Source of the DNA: Paraspadella gotoi
Taxonomy: Eukaryota; Animalia; Chaetognatha
NCBI GenBank assembly: GCA_051294375.1
Contig: CM119263.1
Span: 5,578,823-5,642,822 of the forward strand
Reading direction: 5' to 3'
Length of the DNA: 64,000 nt
Under the pieces are notes generated by a model. That model ran no database searches. It saw only the letters and a list, made by a program, of their open reading frames with translations, and was not told the DNA's origin. Positions 56,101 to 64,000 of this stretch are shown here, one piece after another. Positions within the stretch are counted from its first letter, which is position 1. Each line of letters opens with the position of its first letter. A program made the translations under genes and the position numbers.

Positions 56101-58583
56101 TTATAAATATTTACTTTGCATTTAGTTTTTTAAAAACTTATCTAATTTTATCTCGCCAGACGGGCGGATTAATCGTTAGGACTGCTTCTTTGTGCGTCGT
56201 CGCGTTTGTCGTCGCGTCGTCACACTTTTTTATCTTTTAAAAACGAGTTCTCTCTGCAGCGCCTGTCCAATGGCTGTCCACTTCTCTCTACTTTCTCTCT
56301 CTCTCTTTTCTCTCCTCTCAATCATAACACGCATTTGTTTTATTTTTATTTACAATGAATAATTATTCATCACGCTCATGAATGGATTTATCAATCACGT
56401 CGAATGAATGATGTATCATCACGTCAATGAAATAATTATCATCGCAATTCAAATCTTTTGGTTATCATTGAAACAATATTTGGTTATCATCACATCAGAT
56501 CCTTTGGTTATCATCGCAATCAGTCTTTGGTAATCATCGCATCAATATTGGAGTTATACATCTGATCAAATATTTGGTTATCGCATCAATAATCAGGGAA
56601 TGAAAAAAAATGTTAAAAAATCTGCCCCATCGAAGTTTTTTATTTCAACACTTTTAAATGAATGATACAAAATAATAGATATTTCTTATTAGATCTTACA
56701 TTTGTCTAAAAATCGGAAATATTCTATAAAGTAATATAATCCTTAAAGTATTTCCTCCCCCACCCCCGTCTAGGATGGTGGGCGTGAGCCGGACCGCCGC
56801 CAACTCCAAAACTTTCAACCCAACTTCAAAACTCAGATGCTGAACCGAAACAAGACCCTGTAAATGATCATGTGTTCTTGAATGTTTTTTTGACCCCGTT
56901 TCTTTGATTTTGAATACAAATTGTTTTTGCCTTTTACTTTTGAAAAAATCTTTAATTCTTTGTTCTAAAACAATGGTCCAGCAGCAATACAGTGATAAAT
57001 ACAGATTTTAATTAATAGGGAAAATGGGAAAATAAATTATAAAGGTTAGTTTTTGTAACGAGATTATAGAGCTTACTGACAAGTAACATTAATGTTGTTT
57101 TTTAATATGGGTAAATAACGTTGGTCTTTTATGCGAGTAACACTAAATTGAAGGACGGGAGGAGCAAGAAGAGAATCCGAGCTAAACCGATCATCCAAGT
57201 AAAGTCATTGTCAATGTCCTCACTAAAGCAGCAATTTTGTTAGTATAATATATCTGGGTAACTTTAATTAATTCGACGTCCGCAACAACTTTAGCTAAAC
57301 CACCGCCGTCGGTGCTTTGTTTTCCCTACTAGCTCGAGTCATAGTTTACGCATTATAACTTTTTTTGGTTTTTCAGTAATACAAATTTTATAATTTAATA
57401 ATAAATAATAATTTAAATTATTTTAATTGTATTTTATATATTTGGTTTATGTAAGCGTTTTATAAAAGAATAAATTTCGAGCATGTTTCAAGCTTTAATG
57501 TAAGATTCCTTAGGCGTAAAAACGATTTGAATTGATGAAACAAATATGCTCTTCAAGACCTTTGTTTCATCAATTAATTCGTTTTTAAAACATTGTAGCA
57601 GAAACATGTCAAATTTGTTTCCTTAATGAAACTCGTACGTAAACAAACAAGGAAATGAAAAACAAATATTTTATATTTTTTTAAAACGATTAAAACGGTT
57701 AAATTGTTTAAGGTTGGTTAGGGTAAGGGTTAGTGGTTATGGATTTAAATTAAAAGGTTTTTTTACCCCTTTACCTAGTATTTTTTTTATTTTTGCGTAT
57801 CGAGATACTGATAAAACTTAAATAAGTGAAGGATGATAATTAATTATAATAAGACAGACGCTGCAGTTAACGTTGCCGCTAGCCTTCGCGAGGTTTGAAC
57901 GGCCGCCCGCCGGCCAAGTGTATAGATTCTCAAGACCGTCATAGGTTTCGGACGTACGTCTTCGTCGATTTGCCGCTCGGTTATCAAGTCCCTCGAAAGG
58001 AACACCAAAGGATATACTCTGCTAGTCAACACGATCCGCGGAAAGAAAACCCGGTGTAAAAGACCTGCTACACAACAGGCGGCCGCGTCGATTCCTCATC
58101 ACAGTTGTCACGGAATTTAATCTAAATTGTATGAATTAAAATATTTATATTCTTGGTAAATCTGAAAACTCGACTATAGGGGAACACAAAAGTCGTTGGA
58201 TTAAATAAACCAGAGAACGAGTCCACCAATGCCCGCACCATGGAACTCATTCTCTTATATCCAAATTTCTTTCAGCCTTCTGTAATTTCCGTTTCTAATT
58301 TGGCCGGACAGAGGAATTTCGGTTTTAACCGTCGATTCCGATCGACTAATGATAGTACTACGTAGTTCAAATCTTATGTAGCGCCACTTTTTTCGCTCGT
58401 TAAGGCAACGAAAGTTATCACCCGGAACGCGCTTTTTGTTCCGTTTTTTGGTGATTATTTTGAAGCGCGTGGACCGAATTTTAATAAATTTTAAACAAAG
58501 GAAACTTGAAGGGAATTTGCTATGATCGATACAAGATTTTATTCGAAAACGAGGCACGGGAAATAAAAGATAGTGTCTTGCTA
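53138..58583. mobile_element. Second copy of the hAT-like TIR element
   Basis: Matches 38537-43982 at offset 14601. Confidence 0.75.
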
Positions 58584-58644
58584 AATAAGGCCAACAAAAA
58601 TATGCCGTCAAAAAGACGACAGAAAGGCCGACAGAAAGGCCGAC

Positions 58645-61600
58645 TATGAATGGGAATTGTTGATCCACTACTAATAGCCTATTAAAAACTGTCTAATATT
58701 TAATGCCCCGTGAGTTTCAAACGAAAGTGTAGTTTTTTGTAGGAAATGTAGTGTTAGGAGTATGAAGAAGCGTAGTGGAGTGGTTCAAACTCGTGCAGAA
58801 ATATTTATTTATCAAATACAATGTCGAATACAGTTTTTAACAATTTTCAATCTTACATTTTGGGCAGTTAAAGGATTTTTACGTTTTTCCTCAAATATCG
58901 TTTGCAAAAACTCGTAAGTCGATCGTCTTAGGCCCTCAAAAACGGTAGTGAAAGGTTCAGTAACTAGGCACTCAAATAAAACAAATATCGACGACGCGTA
59001 AGCAGCGCTAGTCGCTATGCAGTGCAATACAGCCTATTCAGTAAACGTACGACTATTTCTTTACACTCCCCCGGTCGACCTTCGACCTAAAAAAAATACT
59101 ACTGAATATCCGTACATGAGCAAATCCATGTCTTTCGCAAATGGCAATTTGATGAGGGTAGTTGATCTTTTTCGACCGTACTGCCCCTTTCCCCAAAGTT
59201 TAAATTTCCCCGAAATTCCCAAATCCCGCGCCCGGCTTTCATCCGTCTCCATGGCAATGCGAGCTCCCCCCGTCAAGTTGCCCTTCTCGCGGAAGTGACT
59301 TCTGCTTTCGTCGTCTCCATGGCAACGACTCCCCCGTTTGACGTTGTCCCATGTCCTCCCCCGCGAGTCGACATCTTTGGGTTGACACAGCGTTTGACGA
59401 CCCATTGCAACGCCCTTATGATGGATGGAACGTCTTTGATCGAGTCTCTGATGTAGTATCAGGCAGCATCTCGATGAGTCGAAACCATCTTGGCGGGTCT
59501 CGTTTCGTCTCTTTCACGCCCACGGCGCCCGGCGTCGTCTCCTTGACAGACGCGCTAAGGATGACGCCGCGAATGATTGCTCTGCCTCGATGACGCGTTG
59601 TTCTGTTCGTTGACGTTCTGCTCTGCTCGACGCTTTGGCTTTTCTTGACGTTTGCCGTACCGTCTTTCGTTTAGTCTCCGTCTTCATCTTGTCTGGAAAA
59701 CGTTTTGGGTGTACGTGATGTACGTGCTGTGTGTGCGTGCATTCGGACCCGGACTAACTGTTTTGACTACTTCTTCTGGAACTTTCTCCCCCTTTCTTGC
59801 ACTCATAGAACCTAGTTTAGATTGCTTAGTGTTCCTATGGCGTTCTTAAAAAACAAACAATGAAACAATACAAGCCCCCGCGCTAAGTCTTTAGCTTCTT
59901 GTTCAACTTCACTGCATTTTACGTATTCTTTTCCTCTTTTTATTTTAACTGTCTTCAAAATTTTGTATAAAAGTTAACTTTAGTATAAAATTGGTATATA
60001 ATTGCTGGGCACCAATTAAAATGACATGAACAAAGTTCACGCTTTAACCACTTTTTCTATGACATGAAGATTTGATTCCTTTGCGAGAGGCTTACGTAGC
60101 TTAACCTGGTCGCACAAACTTGGAAAAAAAAAAAAAAAAAACAATACTTTGTCAATCATTGTCTCTGACCGGCAGAAGACCTGAACATCTTCCTCTATTG
60201 AGATCCTCTCAGCTCATTTTTGTGTAATACACATCAACATTGTTCAAATGTGTTTCTTGAATTTAAATTAATTCCAGAGTCTATCTTTTTACTCCAGAAT
60301 ATCTTCTTACTGCACAATTCTTGCCTCCTCTTGAAATGTGAGTCCATCACAAAAAATTTTATTTCCCACTTGCAAGTTTCAACCACCTTTCGCTTAAGCG
60401 TCGAAACTTCATCACTGCTCCAAGCAGCAAACTATAGGAGTCCTACTCTATTTCACAACTTCTTGTCTTTCTTCCTCAACCTTGGACAAGGATTATAAAT
60501 TATTTTTATTTAATGTTTCATCAATGTCAGAATTTTTCATCTTAAGCTTTTGTGGAGACGCAAAGCTTGCACAAATTTATAAAGAGAACTTTCAATCTCT
60601 GTCATCTTCAATAATTCAAAATTCATCTTCATAAACTAAAAATTGACAAATCTTTCTTTTTCTTCCTTTCTTCCTTTTTTTTTTTTTTAACTAACCTTGA
60701 AGCCCAGCATCAGTATATTTTAATCTCGGTGGTTGCCCTCTGCAATCCTTTAATCTTACTTTAAGTAGAGTGAGTGAGTTTTATGAGGTAATTAATGGGA
60801 ATCCATAACTGTTTGCTATTGAAACCATAATCAATAAATTTTCCTGTCTCTGAACCTCATAATCATGTTGTATGAATTTTTCGCAACTTTTAAAAAAATG
60901 AAAGAATGGGGGAGGCTCCCCACGACGCTTTCACATGTACGACTTGATACTTGACACATTGAGTATTCACTATCAGACAGAGTATTCGCCAGCAAAACCT
61001 TGGCAATTTGACAGTTATAGTCAGGCTTCAAACAGCAGACTGACGAAATGGAATTGTCAAAGAAGAATTCAGACCAGAACAAGACTAAAAAGAACTCCAA
61101 ATGATGAAAATGATTTGCACGTCCTCCTTGATCACAGGCGTTGCTGGTTGAGCTGGTTTCTCTTTGGACAGTTTTTCCTCATATGACAGCTTCTTCAGCA
61201 GGCAACTTCAGGCGAACTTTCTTCCGGCAACTTTTCCCAGCAGCCAACTTCTTCAAGAAACTTTCCAGCACAACTCAGCAACTTCTTCGCGCAACTTTTC
61301 CAGCAGCTTTTCTCGCAACCTTTCTTTTGCAACTTTTTCACGATATTTTACGACTTTTTCGGCGCAACTTTTTCAAGCAATTCAGCAACTTCTTCCTCGG
61401 CTTTGTCCTCAATCAACTTTTCTACATCAATTCTTCTTTCAGCATTCTTTTCTGAGCAAATTTTTCTTCTAGCAACTTTTTCTCTAGCAGCTTTTTCTTC
61501 AGCAACTTTTTCAGCAACTTCTTTCTTCTCAATCTTTTTCTTTTGGATCTACTTTCCTGCTCCAACAGCTGGGCATGACCAATGATCCAGTGAAGCCATA

Positions 61601-63688
61601 TGGGCGGCGGCGGCGCATATGACGGCACTAAGAGGGGGCGCAGCGGCAAGCATCTCTAAACATCTTTCTTTCTCCCCATTTCTTGAATCGGCAGGAACAA
61701 ACTTTCGAACCGGACTCTTCTCCCCTCATTCTCTTTCCCTTTTCCCCTACCGCATGACAATCGTTTTGGGCAATTTGTTGGGATGGTTCGCGTCTAAACC
61801 AGCACGCCGTTGCAATCCTCTTCGATCTCGGCATTCCTCTCGATTAGTTTCTCGATGGCGCTCCGCGATACGAGCGATCTTTCGAGAGCGGTGGCGCTCA
61901 CTCCTTGGCGGCGCTCCTCCGGCGGCGCTCCTCCCGGCCGGGCGCTCCTCTGGCGGCGCTCCTCTCGGCGGCTTTTCCTCCCAGCGGTGCTCCTCCGGTG
62001 GCGCTCTTTCAAATTGAACTCCCTCAATTCGGCGCTCCTCGCGCGCGCCCGTTCTCTCGGCGGCGCTCTTTCAATCGGCACTCCTCAAGTCGGTACTCCT
62101 CCAAACGGCACATGGCGGCGCTCCTCTTCGGCGCGATCCTCAACGTGGCGCTCCTCTCCGGCGGCGCTGATTCAACCAGCATCGCAAAACCCTGCTAGTG
62201 GCAGCGTCCTCTTGGCGGCGGTTCCTCACGGCGACACTCATGCATACGGCACTCTCCCGCGGGCTTCTTCTCGCGGCGGCCGCTCCTGAGGCTTCCTCGT
62301 AAGCAACGCTCATTCATGACGGCGCAGTTTTTCTTTCACTATCTTTCCTCTTTTTCAGATTCCTTAGTCCTCGCCTCTAACTCTATCCTCCTTTCCTCAA
62401 TGCTATATTCGCTCTCGTCTTTTCTCGTCCAACTTTATTCCAGAATGAGTAAGCAACCTTTGACGAACTGTCTCACGAGATGACTGTTGATGACTGCGGC
62501 GCGGTGCACGTATCATCCTTCCATTTCCTCCTCATCGACAACTTACAAAGCGGTATTCGACGCGGGCAAAACAATAACAGGACAATTCCCTATATGCGCG
62601 GTACGAACTCAGATATATCATCATTAATTTAAACTACGCACACGCGGTCGGTCTCCGAATGATAATGTAAAACAGTGAAAATGTGACAAAAGGTGTCAAG
62701 ATCTAAGCTCGACCATTCGCTTAGCTGGTAAGATCCCACAAAAACATCAACGTTAGTTTAAGTTTGTCCAAAAAACGGCCCGGAACCATACATTCGTTTC
62801 GTTCGCGAATTTTAAAAATATCATTTTTTAACCTATGTGAGGTCTCCACTCTCTGCATCGCCGTGAGGCATAGGCCTTTCCATACCTTTTTTATGATGAC
62901 TCGACGAACGTGGTGTCCTGCACTGGATCGACAGCTCGAACGTCTGCACGCCCGCGTTCTCGTCCTCTCGTGTCCGGCGGCGGCGATGAAGAATGTACCA
63001 CCAGTTCCCGATAAGACGCGGCCCTTTTTATTAAAAAAAAACCAAGAAAATTCGATACGTTCGCCGTGAGCCCGGAAGGCTATTAGCGCTATTCGAAGAA
63101 GCGCCAGCTAGCCGCCGCTGGCTATCTGCTGGGTTATAGTCAATTACCCCGATGTCGCGTGGGCCAAAGTCCTCTTCGTGCAGCCAGCTAAGTAGTGGTT
63201 TTAATTTACCCCCTATTTGCTCGCTAAATAGTTGAATTTCAAAATAAATAATAATAGTTTGAATATGAAATCTGAATTTTCCACTACTAAGCCTATTAAA
63301 ACTGCTTAATATTTAATGCCCGTGAGTTTCAACGAAGTGTAGTATTGTAGAAATGCAGTGTAGGAAAGTATGAAGAAGCGTAGTGGATGTTCAAACTCTG
63401 GCAGAAATATTATTTATTAAATACAATGTCGAATTACAATTTACATTTCATCTTAACATTTTGGGAGTTAAAAGGATTTTTTACGTTTTTCCTCAAATAA
63501 TCGTTCAAAACTCGTAACGTCGAATCGTTCTTAACGGGCGCCTCAAAAACGGTAGTGAAGGTTTCACAGTAATAGGCAGACATCAAACAAACAAATATCG
63601 ACGACGTCCGTAGCCGTAAGCACAGCGCTAGTACGACTATGCAGTGCATACAAGCTATTCAGTAAAGCGTAGCGACTATTCCTTTACA
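58645..63688 (-). mobile_element. Second copy of LTR element B (LTRs 58645-59065 and 63260-63688)
   Basis: Collinear with 44049-49114, with the same minisatellite flanks. Confidence 0.85.
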
Positions 63689-64000
63689 ACGACAGAAGGG
63701 CGACAGAAAAGGCCGACAGAAAGGCCAGGACAGAAAAGCCGCCAAAGACGCCCCAAACTTCCGATCTTCTCGTTTCTCGTAGGAGCGGGGGAATACGCCC
63801 CGAACGATTTTTTACGAGAGTTTTGGTGAATAAATTACGTTGGCGGTTCGAGCGATGGGCTGGCGGTGGTCGGGCGGTGGCGGCGGAGGAGAGGAGGAGG
63901 AAGCGAAATTCACGCAATCAACCGACGAATAATACGTTACTCGAGTCTCGTTTCTCCACTGAGAGTTGCCTTCTACTATCGAACCTAATTACTACCTAAT

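Overview
This is repeat-rich eukaryotic (probably arthropod) intergenic or intronic DNA from a gap-filled draft scaffold. It has six exact 25-N gaps, long-read-type indel noise and large overfilled duplications (16.5-21.0 kb ~ 21.0-25.6 kb; 34.9-49.1 kb ~ 49.5-63.7 kb). I recognise no host protein-coding gene, rRNA or CRISPR array; nearly all ORF-track entries are translations of (GA)n/(CT)n/(CCT)n tracts. Four things are supportable. (1) Two related minus-strand LTR elements (A 393-4329; B 44049-49114, copy 58645-63688, partial 31781-33392) have unrelated LTRs but homologous internal regions encoding a frameshifted coiled-coil protein with no recognisable RT. (2) A 5.4-kb TIR element with TAGCAAGA ends (38537-43982, copy 53138-58583) has its empty site visible in paralogous copies and carries nested MITEs, a SINE-like piece and a candidate 4-exon spliced transcript. 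(3) A composite satellite consists of a 64-bp core alternating with (GA)n. (4) There are several hairpins and minisatellites. All calls are by eye; no searches were run.
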